Source: Planctomycetota bacterium
GTDB lineage: Bacteria > Planctomycetota > Planctomycetia > Pirellulales > Lacipirellulaceae
Assembly (NCBI GenBank): GCA_039190745.1
Contig: JBCCXZ010000001.1
Location: forward strand, 64,001-128,000
Direction: 5' to 3'
Length of the DNA stretch: 64,000 bases
Shown: positions 19,782 to 29,469 of the stretch, in pieces
Layout: each line of letters starts with the position of its first letter
How positions within the stretch are numbered: position 1 is the stretch's first letter
Notes under the pieces: model-generated
What the model was told of the DNA's origin: nothing
Seen by the model: only the letters and a program-made list of their open reading frames with translations
Database searches by the model: none
Made by a program: the position numbers and the translations under genes

Positions 19782-19829
19782 GCTTTCACTATAGCACGCA
19801 CAACACGCCCACACCCAGCTCTGTGGCGG

Positions 19830-21209
19830 CTACAGCCGCAGCAGCTCTAGCGGCGACTGCCAGAAGACCGTCGGCGGGAAGAGCACGCCGGCTAGGGTTT
19901 GCGTCGCCTCGTCGGGGAGCAGCTCGGCATTCTGCGGGCCACGGGTGTTGCCGGTGAGGAGGTCGTAGAGGGCGGCGTCGTTCGGGGGCGGGGCGCCGTT
20001 GGAGGCGGTGTGCTCGAGGCGGGAACTGCGGCGCGTGACGACCACGGTGCTCTGTGCACTGCCGCGTTGGAGGTTGAGCGACACCGGTCGAGGGATGTCG
20101 GCCGCGCGGGTGCGTTCTTGCAGCACGGGGTAGAGCCGCTCGACCCAACGCTCGGGGGAGAGCATGCGGTAGAGCCAACGCCGGTCTTGCGGGGCGCGGG
20201 GAGAGACCCACTCGCCGCCGGCGGTGACGACCATCACCTGGTGGAGCGGGTCGCTCGCGGGGGTGTGCAGCGAAAGGAAGTGGTGGTTGCGGTCGATCGC
20301 GTCGCGGCCGGCGCGGATCATCAGGGCCTTGGCGGCGTTGGGGTACTCGGGCAGCGTGTGCATCTCGACGATGCGCCAGTCCCGGATAGCCGCGTAGCCG
20401 ACGACGTCGCCGCGGGGCACGCCCGAGTCGGGGTCGTCCGACGGAGTGGCGGGAGTTTCTCGCGACCCCGGGTCGACCGCGACCAGGATGTGGTCGATCG
20501 CCTTACGCCCGACGAGCCATTGCCAGTGCTGCTCGCAGCGGTACTCGCACCCCCAGTGGGCGGGGGCGACGCGGTCGTAGACGTTGCGTAGGGCGTCGAG
20601 CTCGACGTGCCGCCAGGTGCGGACTTCGAGCTTCTGCATCTTGTCATGCTGCAGCAGCGACTGCTTGGGCGGCGGGGCGTCGAGGTGCGCCAGCAAGGCA
20701 CGGGTATCGGCGCGGGAGAAGCCTTGGCTGCGCCAGGGGAGCCACTGCCGGTCGGCGAGCACCCGGTGGGAGTCGGTGCAGGCGATGGCGAGGACGGCGC
20801 CTTCCTGGACGGCGCAGGCTTCGGCTTGATTGAAGAGCTCCTGCTCACCGGGCCCGCCGCGGTACTCGGGGAGGACGGCAACGTCGCGGAGCGCGACGAT
20901 CGGCACCCGCACGCCCTGGAACCAGAGCGTCTGGTTCACGAGGTGGACGTGGCCGACCGGGCGTTGGTCGTGCATCAAGAGGAGGCGGTCGCAGGCGTCG
21001 TAGCCCGGCCGATCGAGTCGGCTGGCGAAGTCCTCGCTATTGTCGCCGCCGCGGGCGGAGTCGAGCAGCTTGAGGATGAGGCCGTGGTCGCCGAAGTTGC
21101 CGGTGACGACCTTGAGCCCGCCTCTCGCGACGCCTAGCAGCGTGCGTTCGACGCCGGGCACGCCCTGAGGGTTGCCCGTCACGCTCTGCGGGTCAGTCGT
21201 GTTGCTCAT
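19830..21209 (-). CDS. GNAT-family N-acetyltransferase with tandem GNAT domains (Eis-like)
   Basis: VGHVHL...LRDVAVLPEYRGG acetyl-CoA-binding motif A; second GNAT-like unit (VVGYAAI). Confidence 0.7.
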   Translation of the reverse strand: MSNTTDPQSVTGNPQGVPGVERTLLGVARGGLKVVTGNFGDHGLILKLLDSARGGDNSEDFASRLDRPGYDACDRLLLMHDQRPVGHVHLVNQTLWFQGVRVPIVALRDVAVLPEYRGGPGEQELFNQAEACAVQEGAVLAIACTDSHRVLADRQWLPWRSQGFSRADTRALLAHLDAPPPKQSLLQHDKMQKLEVRTWRHVELDALRNVYDRVAPAHWGCEYRCEQHWQWLVGRKAIDHILVAVDPGSRETPATPSDDPDSGVPRGDVVGYAAIRDWRIVEMHTLPEYPNAAKALMIRAGRDAIDRNHHFLSLHTPASDPLHQVMVVTAGGEWVSPRAPQDRRWLYRMLSPERWVERLYPVLQERTRAADIPRPVSLNLQRGSAQSTVVVTRRSSRLEHTASNGAPPPNDAALYDLLTGNTRGPQNAELLPDEATQTLAGVLFPPTVFWQSPLELLRL

Positions 21210-21428
21210 CGGCGCGAGTCACCCGGTCCTTGGACGAGCTGCCGCGGTCTGCCTGGAAGGCCTTCCGCAACGCTGTTCAACGCGGCGTGTCGCTTGTGCC
21301 GTGGTTCCGTAGAAGTGCGCGTCGCAGGCCGCGTGGTGCGGCTTGTCGGTCGGCACGACGCCGAAAGCAGGACGGCTCAAGTCCGCCTCGTCCCAGCATG
21401 CCCTATATCGAGCCTATGCGATGGGCGT

Positions 21429-23030
21429 TCAGAAATCTAGCAGGAAGTTCCGTACAACGTCTTCGGGGAATAGGCAGAATGAGTACTCTCGCGAGCCTAG
21501 CACGCGAGCGTTTCGTGCGGCGCATCGGGCTTGTTCGAGGGACTCTTCGATCTTCGACCGCTCGGGGTCGATCAGTTGTCGCAGCGACGCGTTGGCTTGG
21601 TCGATGGCCCGGTGGCGCTCGGCCGCGTTCGCTGCGGTCTTCTCGGTTGCGATCCATTCGGCCTTGGTCTTGGAGAGCAGCTCTGCTTCGCGGCGTGCTT
21701 CGACGGGCAAATGCACCGAGGGCAATAGACGCTCTGGGTGGAACCGCGCATCGCGGAGCCGCATCGCTGCCTCGGCTGCGCGTTGGTTGGCGCGGGTGTC
21801 GATCTCCGTCGGCAGACGCAGCGTTCCGGAGAGCGTGGCGTGCGGGGGCGGGGGAGAGCCGAAGAGCTGCTGGCAGACGCGGTCGGTGATCTGGTCGTAC
21901 TTGGCGCCGCCGATGCCGTGGATAAACAAGTCGCTGACGAAGTAGCGGAAGAAGGCGGTCGTCATCAGGGCACGCGTGCGGACCTTGATGCCTCTGTCCG
22001 CGAGAACCGCGAGGGCGTCTGCAATTGCCGCGGCGTCTCCGGCCGGCAGCGTGGCGAGCGGCTGTTGGCGGTTGGACAGTTCAATGTCGTTGCCTAGGCG
22101 GCGTGCGACCACGCCGCGGCGGGTGGGGTCGGCATCGGTCCAGGCCCAGAGCGGCAGTTCGTGCCAGCCGTCTTCCACGGCGAGGTCGGGCATAGGCTGG
22201 GCGTTAGTCCGCAGGCGGTGGGCGCGGCGGTAGTCGGCCAGGCATTCGTTGTACACCGGGGCGACCCGTTCGTGCTGGTGGATCAGAGAGGCGACTAGCC
22301 AGCGGAAGCCCGAGGTCTCTGCAAGACCGCTTAGCGGGACCTGCAGGAGGGGGATGCCCCAGTCGCTTTCGCGGCGGTGGCGGGCCTCGGCGATGCCGCG
22401 GGAAAGGCAATCCGTCGCCTTGCAACGATCAACGACCGTCGGCCACCAGCCTTGGACAAGCGGGTTTTCGAGAACGCTCGCCCCGGACTCGGCGACGCGG
22501 GCTGCAAACGAGTCGAGGAGGCCGTGATCGCGGACTCGGCGCTGCTCGTGAGGGACGGGTGTGTCTGAGGCGTCGAAGGCTACGGGCGTGTACGCGGCGT
22601 TGCCGTTGTCGATGAGGGGGACCCGGATCGACGGGGTGCGGGCGAGGTCGCTGTCGATAACGACGTTGAGTGCGGCGCCGCCCAGCTGCTGGGCAAGCTG
22701 CGACGCAGCGGAGTTCTTCAGCCAGACGCCGGGGTGATATAGCTCGGGCTGGTGGCCCGTGACGATCAACGGCTGCGCCGGGTCGGCGTTGGGGAGCGCG
22801 TCGAGGTACTGTGAGGAGCCGCGTTTTGCCGCTTGGAGGGTCTCTTGACGGGTCTCGCGGGCAAGCTCGGCGAGCGGGCGGCCGAGCAACTCGGCGCGGT
22901 TCGCCTGGATCGCTTCGCGGTTGTGTTGGATAAGGCTTGGCCAGTCTTGCCAGCGCGGGACGGCGAGTCTCTCGCCGTCTTCGGTGGGCGCCCGGAAACG
23001 GCAGTATCCCTCGCCGCCGGTCATGAACAC
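21429..23030 (-). CDS. Conserved hypothetical protein, distantly BshC-like
   Basis: IVTGHQPELYHPGVWLK, NVVIDSD, FIHGIGGAKYD and a C-terminal coiled coil, echoing BshC motif order; overlaps the GT2 stop. Confidence 0.55.
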   Translation of the reverse strand: MFMTGGEGYCRFRAPTEDGERLAVPRWQDWPSLIQHNREAIQANRAELLGRPLAELARETRQETLQAAKRGSSQYLDALPNADPAQPLIVTGHQPELYHPGVWLKNSAASQLAQQLGGAALNVVIDSDLARTPSIRVPLIDNGNAAYTPVAFDASDTPVPHEQRRVRDHGLLDSFAARVAESGASVLENPLVQGWWPTVVDRCKATDCLSRGIAEARHRRESDWGIPLLQVPLSGLAETSGFRWLVASLIHQHERVAPVYNECLADYRRAHRLRTNAQPMPDLAVEDGWHELPLWAWTDADPTRRGVVARRLGNDIELSNRQQPLATLPAGDAAAIADALAVLADRGIKVRTRALMTTAFFRYFVSDLFIHGIGGAKYDQITDRVCQQLFGSPPPPHATLSGTLRLPTEIDTRANQRAAEAAMRLRDARFHPERLLPSVHLPVEARREAELLSKTKAEWIATEKTAANAAERHRAIDQANASLRQLIDPERSKIEESLEQARCAARNARVLGSREYSFCLFPEDVVRNFLLDF

Positions 23031-23797
23031 CCGGCGAGCGTCGGGGCGGATTGGCCCGCGCGCTCGCGGGAGCGGCGCTGCGCTCGCCGCATCGCGTCCT
23101 CAATCACTTGGCGGTAGTAGGACAGGCGCGTCTCGGAGTCGTCGAGGTTGCCGCCGAAGGATCGCTCTTCGTCGAGGTAGATCAGCGGGACAGCGACCTC
23201 GCGGACGGTGAGCCCGGCGCAGGCGGCCTGGACCCATAGTTCGAGGGGCATGGCGTAGCCGGTCTCTTGCAGGCTGAGCTTCGCGAGGGCCGCGACGCGG
23301 TAGGCTTTGAAGCCACAGAAGGCGTCGGTGAGTTCGAGCCCGAGCTGCTGGTTGAGTTCGGCGGTGATCGTTTGGTTGATGCGTCGGCGGTCGGCGGGAG
23401 CCAGGTTGGGGTCGGTGTCCAGGCCGAGGTACCGGCTGCCGGAGACGATGTCCGCACCCCCGCAGGCCTGGGCGAGCTGCTGGATGCGTTGGGGTTCGTG
23501 CTGGCCGTCGCAGTCGATGGTGACCAGCATGTCGTAGCGGTGGAGTATGGCGAACTCGAAGGCCGTGCGGAGGGCGGCCCCGTAGCCCTGGTTCTCTGGG
23601 TGGAGGTGGACGAAGACGTCATTGCGCTTGGCGAGACGCTCGCGGGTTCCGTCGGTCGACCCGTCGTCGATCACGAGCACATCGGTCGCGTGCTTGACAA
23701 CCTCGTCGAGCACTTCGGTGACGTGGGCGGCTTCGTTGTAGACGGGCAGGGCGGTGAGGAATCGCGCAGAGCAATCAGCGGGAAACGGATTCGGCAT
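23021..23797 (-). CDS. Glycosyltransferase family 2 (DPM/DPG-synthase-like)
   Basis: LPVYNE, IDDGSTD, NQGYGAA, TIDCDGQH, GSRY, DAFCGFKAY. Confidence 0.9.
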   Translation of the reverse strand: MPNPFPADCSARFLTALPVYNEAAHVTEVLDEVVKHATDVLVIDDGSTDGTRERLAKRNDVFVHLHPENQGYGAALRTAFEFAILHRYDMLVTIDCDGQHEPQRIQQLAQACGGADIVSGSRYLGLDTDPNLAPADRRRINQTITAELNQQLGLELTDAFCGFKAYRVAALAKLSLQETGYAMPLELWVQAACAGLTVREVAVPLIYLDEERSFGGNLDDSETRLSYYRQVIEDAMRRAQRRSRERAGQSAPTLAGCS

Positions 23798-24006
23798 GCG
23801 GGGAGCACCGGGGGGAGCAAAACGGGTGAACGACTCGGCCGGATCAGACGCTCCCGGGCCGCTGTCGCTGCCGACCCCGAGCCGGTTTCGCGGCTGGGCG
23901 TGGGCGGGCTCCAAGAATCGGTGCTCTGCCAAGACCCACTTATTTTAGGCGTGCCGGTCGGACGGAACAAGCAAGCACGCTGGGCGGCCGGACCTGGGCG
24001 CCTGAT

Positions 24007-24801
24007 TCAGGCCTGGCGGAGGGGGTCGCGTTCGTCTTGGCTTGCCCAGACACGGACGTCGGGGAGCTGTTCGCCGAGGTAGTCGGCCAGCGCTTCCATC
24101 GCGAAGCGTTCGCTGGCGTAGTGCCCGGGCAAGATAAGCGAGATCCCCAACGCCTCGGCTTCGAGGCAGGTGTGGAAGGCTGCCTCGCCGGTGAGCATGC
24201 AATCGCAACGGCGGCTGGCCGCGTGGGCGAGCATCGACCCACCGCTGCCGCAGGCGATGGCCACGCTCTGCACGGTTCGGTCGTCGGGCCCGACTACCCG
24301 GAGTGTCGGGATGCCGAGGAAAGACTTCACGCGGGCGACCAGCTCTTCGAGCCTCACCGATTCGCCGACCAGTCCGTACCGACCGGCTCCGACATCGGCG
24401 GCGTGCGGGCTATCGGCGACCGCGAGCGGCTGGATGCCGTGCAGGTCGAGCCCGAGGGCGAGGTGGGCGTTGATGCCGGTTTCGGCGGAGTCGAAAGCGG
24501 TGTGCGCGCTGTAGACGGCGACGCCCGCTCCGGCGAGGTCCAGGAGGAGTTTGCCCTGAGGGTCGGCGGTGGTGAGCCGTTGCACGGGCCGGAACATGAC
24601 CGGGTGGTGCGAGACGACGAGCTGGGCCGACTCGCGGACCGCCTCGGCGGCGGTTGCCGGCGTGAGCGTGAGACAGGTCATCACACGCTGGACGGGCCGC
24701 TCGGGGTCGCCGACCAAGAGTCCGACGTTGTCCCAGTCTTCGGCGAGTTCGAGGGGGGCGAACTGCTTAAGGATGTCGACGACGTGGCTGACTTGGGGCA
24801 T
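24007..24801 (-). CDS. Nif3-like dinuclear metal-centre protein (DUF34/YbgI)
   Basis: AEDWDNVGLLVG, VSHHP, YSAHTAFD, ACGSGG, GHYASE. Confidence 0.93.
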   Translation of the reverse strand: MPQVSHVVDILKQFAPLELAEDWDNVGLLVGDPERPVQRVMTCLTLTPATAAEAVRESAQLVVSHHPVMFRPVQRLTTADPQGKLLLDLAGAGVAVYSAHTAFDSAETGINAHLALGLDLHGIQPLAVADSPHAADVGAGRYGLVGESVRLEELVARVKSFLGIPTLRVVGPDDRTVQSVAIACGSGGSMLAHAASRRCDCMLTGEAAFHTCLEAEALGISLILPGHYASERFAMEALADYLGEQLPDVRVWASQDERDPLRQA

Positions 24802-25048
24802 CGTGCTGGTGTGCCGGAGGACGGGATGCGCTAGGCGGCGCATGGTACTTGCTGGCAAAGCGGCCGGCAAGCTGCGCGTCTTCTGGGTGGCGCCGACTGT
24901 CGGTGTCGTTTGCGACACGAGGTGATTGATTCTCGGAAGTAGAACGGTCCGCCTCTTGTGCTGCGCACACGGACAATCGGCCGACAGGCATTTGCTCGAT
25001 GGCGTGCGTTTCGCGGCCGACAGTCCGTGCCACCCGGGGGGGCGGCCG

Positions 25049-27667
25049 CTACTCCTCGGCGATGATCCGGTGATTGAAGACCCGCGGGCCGTCGACTTCT
25101 TCGATCCGGAGCCACAGTTCCTTGCCGAGCAGTTCCTTGCCGTTGGCGTAGCGGTAGGTCTTCAGGTCGTACTCGGGGCCGAGCTTGAAGACGCGCATCT
25201 GCTGCCGGCGCCTGCTCTCTGCGTAGAGCGAGCACTTGAAGTCGAGGAACTCGCCGGAGTGGTTGATCATCCGCTGCTCGATAATGAGGTTGCCGTCGTC
25301 GGTCAGGCGGGTGTGGACGTCGAGCTCGATCTCCGCGTCTCCGACTTCCAGGTTTCGGAAGACGCTGAACTCGTAGTCGGTGTCGGCGACGAAACGCAGG
25401 GTGGCGGTGATCGGGGCGTCGCCGCTGTCGGCGTTGAAGGGCAGCACGACCTCGAAGGGCCTGCGGGTGGTCTCTCCGGCGGCGAGCTTGAACTCAATCT
25501 TCTGCGGCACGATCTGCCAGCCGTCGGGCCCCTGGAGTTCGACCGTGCCGCCGGCGCCCTGCTTGAAGTTGTTGGTGATGACGATCTGGTTGCGGTGCGC
25601 GATGCCGAAGACGCTGGGGATACGCGGGCTCTCGAAGCCGACGCTGAGCCGCATCTTCGCGACGTGCGGGTTGACGCCGACGACGAAGGTGGGCTGGGGC
25701 GAGACCTCGATCAACTGCCGGGCGCCCCGGGTTTTGTGCGGCTTGACCCGGCCCCAGATATCGAGCTGCTGGACCGAGCGGTCGTCGCCGAGGAAGATTT
25801 CTTCGGTGGTCGGGTTGCGGTTCCAGACGACCATCAGGACGCGGCCGTCGGTGGTCTGAAAGAGCCGGTTCTCGCTGTCGCCCTTCAGGCGGATCTGCCC
25901 CAGGTACTCGGCTCCGCTGAGCAGGAAGGCGGTAGTCCGCCAGGGCAGGAACAGTTCGCCGGGCGTGCCCTCGGTCTCCATGATGCCCTTGTCCGAGTCG
26001 AAAGGCCGCGAGATGAAGATGCCCTCGGCCCCGTGGATCTTCGCGGCGAGCATCTGGTCGACCAGATCGCGGGAACGGTCTTCCAGCGAGTAGTGCTGCC
26101 GTGAGAGCGGTTCGACCAACACCCAGCGGAGCGTCTGTTCGCGCTTGGGTAGTTGGAGGTAAGTGCCCAGCTCTTGGCCGGTGAGCGCGGGGGAGGCGGA
26201 GAACTGCTGGAACTCCCAGGTGGCGGTCCTCTCCGACTCGGTGGACTCGTTCCATGGCCAGCCGAAGCCGATGTTCACGTCCTGGCCGAAGCGGAACAGC
26301 TGGCTGCGGAGCTTGCGGATTTCGGTTTCGAGGTCGTTGAAGTCGGCGAAGCTGGTGTCGTCGTCCAGGCCGAACTGCCACCACCGCACGCGGAGCGAGA
26401 GCCGTGTGAGCACCGCGTCGAGCGACGGGAGCCAGCTGGAGGGTTCGACCGAGAGGAGGTCGGCGATGGTGATGCTGCGGTCGACCTTTTGGCCCAGCTC
26501 GAGGTCAGAGGGCGGGCGGTCGACGACGCCGACCACCTCGATTTCGTCGGCCCCGAGCAGCTCGGTAAATACCACGAGCTCGTCGCCCCGTTCCGGCTCG
26601 GACTGTCCGTACCAGACGGGCAGCTTGACCCAGCTGACCGCGGCGCGGGGCAGGAGCAGGCGGAGGTGCTCGAAGGAGAGCGGGATGTCTTGCCCGGCAA
26701 GCGACCAGCCGAACTCGCCGCGGTCGGGTTTGGTCAAAGGCGGCACGACGGCGATGGACTTGATGCGTTGGTCCATCCGCCCGCGGTCGGTCTGCATGGT
26801 GACCCGCACGCGGTAGAAACCGTGGGTTTTGATCGGCGGGTGCCAGGAGGTGCTGCCCTCGTAGCTCTTGCGTTGCGAGTCGGGGTCGACGATCTCGGAG
26901 GCCTTGCTGCGCTTCTCGGTGATGAGCTTGCCCTGGATCTGCAGCGAGCTCTTCGATTTGATGTGGCTGCTCGCGTCGAGCAGCTCGAACAGGATGTCGG
27001 GGTCCTGCTCACGGATTCCAGATAGGGAGCAGGTGACCATCACCTTGCTGGGGTCGTCGTAGACGTTGAAGGGGCTTCCCGTAACGACGGACATCTTGGG
27101 GAGCCGCGCGATCCAGATGTCGTCGATGGCGACCTCGCCTTCGAGGTCGGCGTGCTGGCCGCGTTCGACCTCGAGCGTGAACCGGGCGAGGGTCGCGTCG
27201 GGGTTGGCGTCTTTGACCGGGCCGATGTGCAGGTTGACCCAGCCGTTGGTGTTCTGGACCCACTCGCTGGGGAACGAGCTGAGCACCTCGTGCTTGTCGT
27301 TGCAGAAGTCGAGCCGGACCCGGGAGCGGGCGTACTGGATGCCCGAGGCGCGGATCCTCGCCTCCATGGCGTAGCTGAATTTGCGGGACATCGAGGCGAG
27401 CGGGCCGCTCACCAGGGCGCTGCCGCCGTTCATGTGCACGGTGAGGCATCGGCCCGCTTGGGCGGTTTCGTCGTCCTCGAGCAGCACATCGACGTAGCGG
27501 GGGTGATCGGTGCTGTAATGCCGGCGCCACTTGTCGGGCCAGTTGTCGTAGTTGACGTCGCGGGTGAAGTTGCACTCGTAGACGACCACCGCGTCGGGGT
27601 GGCGGTCTTGGCTACCGCGGGCAACGGGAGCGGCTAGAATCAGGGCCAGGATGCAGAGGGGACGCAT
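25049..27667 (-). CDS. Large secreted multidomain hypothetical protein (carbohydrate-binding-like, barrel-like and Ig/NEW3-like regions)
   Basis: Signal peptide MRPLCILALILAAPVARG; long ORF with typical codon bias; C-terminal GPDGWQIVP...LAAGETT Ig-like segment. Confidence 0.65.
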   Translation of the reverse strand: MRPLCILALILAAPVARGSQDRHPDAVVVYECNFTRDVNYDNWPDKWRRHYSTDHPRYVDVLLEDDETAQAGRCLTVHMNGGSALVSGPLASMSRKFSYAMEARIRASGIQYARSRVRLDFCNDKHEVLSSFPSEWVQNTNGWVNLHIGPVKDANPDATLARFTLEVERGQHADLEGEVAIDDIWIARLPKMSVVTGSPFNVYDDPSKVMVTCSLSGIREQDPDILFELLDASSHIKSKSSLQIQGKLITEKRSKASEIVDPDSQRKSYEGSTSWHPPIKTHGFYRVRVTMQTDRGRMDQRIKSIAVVPPLTKPDRGEFGWSLAGQDIPLSFEHLRLLLPRAAVSWVKLPVWYGQSEPERGDELVVFTELLGADEIEVVGVVDRPPSDLELGQKVDRSITIADLLSVEPSSWLPSLDAVLTRLSLRVRWWQFGLDDDTSFADFNDLETEIRKLRSQLFRFGQDVNIGFGWPWNESTESERTATWEFQQFSASPALTGQELGTYLQLPKREQTLRWVLVEPLSRQHYSLEDRSRDLVDQMLAAKIHGAEGIFISRPFDSDKGIMETEGTPGELFLPWRTTAFLLSGAEYLGQIRLKGDSENRLFQTTDGRVLMVVWNRNPTTEEIFLGDDRSVQQLDIWGRVKPHKTRGARQLIEVSPQPTFVVGVNPHVAKMRLSVGFESPRIPSVFGIAHRNQIVITNNFKQGAGGTVELQGPDGWQIVPQKIEFKLAAGETTRRPFEVVLPFNADSGDAPITATLRFVADTDYEFSVFRNLEVGDAEIELDVHTRLTDDGNLIIEQRMINHSGEFLDFKCSLYAESRRRQQMRVFKLGPEYDLKTYRYANGKELLGKELWLRIEEVDGPRVFNHRIIAEE

Positions 27668-27731
27668 AGCTGGGGGCCGCCGTGGGGCGATCCGGCGGGG
27701 GCTACGTTTGGCGGGCGGGGAGGATCGGCAC

Positions 27732-28514
27732 GTGCATAGCTTGAAGACCGCGGCGCAGACCGGCTGCTTCCGGCAGACCTTCAGGAAAGCATTGCACACC
27801 GCTGCGCAGATCGGGTGTACCGGCGTGGAAATCGATGCCCGCGAGGAGCTGCGGCCTTCCGATTTGAGCGATACGGGGCTGCGGCAGCTGCGGAAATTGC
27901 TGGATGATCTGAATCTGAGGGTCGCGGCGGTCGCTTTCCCAACCCGCGGAGGCTTCGGCGAGCCGGCCCGGCAGCAGCAGCGAGTGGACGCGGCGCTGGC
28001 GGCAATGCAGATGGCGTCGCGGCTCGGGTGCCGCGCGATGCTGGTGAACGTGCAAGACGCTGACCGGGCGGAAAAGGGCGGGCCGCTGCACGCGGCGTTG
28101 GAGCTGCTCGCCGACCGGGGGCTGCATTACGGCGTGCAATTGGTCGGACGCGGCGGGGCCGTCCCGGCGGCTGCGCTCGGCACGCTTGCGGAGTCGCTGC
28201 CCGAGCACGGATTGCTCTTCGACATCGATCCCGGAGAGATCGTTTCTTCCGGCGGCAGCGTGGCCGAGCAGCTCGGCGGGCTGGGCGCTCGGGTGGGTTC
28301 GGTCCACGCGACCGACGCCTACCGCGACCTGGGGGCTGGGGCCGGCGTGGAAGTGCAGCTCGGACGGGGGGCGGTCGACTACGCCGAGGTGCTGGGGCTG
28401 CTGGAAGAGTTTGACTACCGAGGCTGGCTGACCGTGGCACGACGCGGCGGAGACCAGCCGGCCCAGGACATGGCCGCGGCGGTGAAGTTCCTCGAAGCCG
28501 TGGCCCGGGGGTAG
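27732..28514 (+). CDS. Sugar phosphate isomerase/epimerase family (xylose isomerase-like TIM barrel)
   Basis: GTG after GGAGGA; AAQIGCTGVEI, DIDPG, VHATD, LGRGAVDY, YRGWL. Confidence 0.8.
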   Translation: MHSLKTAAQTGCFRQTFRKALHTAAQIGCTGVEIDAREELRPSDLSDTGLRQLRKLLDDLNLRVAAVAFPTRGGFGEPARQQQRVDAALAAMQMASRLGCRAMLVNVQDADRAEKGGPLHAALELLADRGLHYGVQLVGRGGAVPAAALGTLAESLPEHGLLFDIDPGEIVSSGGSVAEQLGGLGARVGSVHATDAYRDLGAGAGVEVQLGRGAVDYAEVLGLLEEFDYRGWLTVARRGGDQPAQDMAAAVKFLEAVARG

Positions 28515-28521
28515 CGCGACG

Positions 28522-29469
28522 ATGCCGACGCGGGAGGCCGCCACCGGGTACTTGTTCGCCTTGCCGTGGCTGGCGGGGTTCGCGTTGTTCGTGGCGTACC
28601 CGTTCGCGGCGACGTTGTGGTGGAGCTTCTGCGATTACGACCTGCTATCTTCGCCGCGGTTTGTGGGGTGGGAGAACTACCGGCGTCTGGCGTCGGAGTT
28701 AGCCGGGGGCGGGCGGCTGTGGCTGGCGGTGGTGAACACGGCCTACTACTGCGTGGCGAGTGTTGCTGCGTCGGTGGCGGTTGGCGTGGGGTTGGCGACG
28801 ATGCTGTCGTGGAAGGTGCGCGGTCAGGCCGTGTACCGCACGCTTTGCTACTTGCCGTCGGTCGTGCCGGTGGTGGCTTCGGCCGTGCTGTGGGTCTGGC
28901 TGCTCGACCCGCAGTCTGGGCTGGTGAACGGCGTTCTCGGTGCGCTGCACCTGCCGGGGCAGGACTGGTTCCAGAGTACTAGCGCCGCCGCGCTGCCGGG
29001 GAGCTGGCCGACCGACGAGCCGGGCCGCGTCTTTGGCAGCAAAGACGGGCTGGTGTTGATGAGCGTGTGGGGCATCGGCAACCTGCTCATCATTTATTTG
29101 GCGGCGATCGCCGACGTGCCGGCGGAGCTGTACGAGGCGGCGGTGATCGACGGCGCCTCGCGGGCCCGTCGGTTCTGGCACGTGACGCTGCCGATGCTCA
29201 CGCCGGTGGTGTTCTTCAATGTGGTGATGGGGCTGATTCAGTCGGTGCAGGCTTTCACGGAGGTGTATCTGGTCAGCGACGGCCAGGGCGACCCGGCGGG
29301 GGCGACGTTGACGCTCTCGCTGCACTTGTTCCTGGTGGCGTTCAAGGAACTCGACATGGGGTATGCCTCGGCGATCGCTTGGGTGCTGTTCGTTGTCGTG
29401 ACGTTGGTGACGGCGTGGTTGTTCCGTTCCTCTCGGCATTGGGTGCATACATATGGAGTGATCGTCTGA
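28522..29469 (+). CDS. Carbohydrate ABC transporter permease
   Basis: FVGWENY, EAA loop ELYEAAVIDGA, MGYASAIAW. Confidence 0.92.
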   Translation: MPTREAATGYLFALPWLAGFALFVAYPFAATLWWSFCDYDLLSSPRFVGWENYRRLASELAGGGRLWLAVVNTAYYCVASVAASVAVGVGLATMLSWKVRGQAVYRTLCYLPSVVPVVASAVLWVWLLDPQSGLVNGVLGALHLPGQDWFQSTSAAALPGSWPTDEPGRVFGSKDGLVLMSVWGIGNLLIIYLAAIADVPAELYEAAVIDGASRARRFWHVTLPMLTPVVFFNVVMGLIQSVQAFTEVYLVSDGQGDPAGATLTLSLHLFLVAFKELDMGYASAIAWVLFVVVTLVTAWLFRSSRHWVHTYGVIV

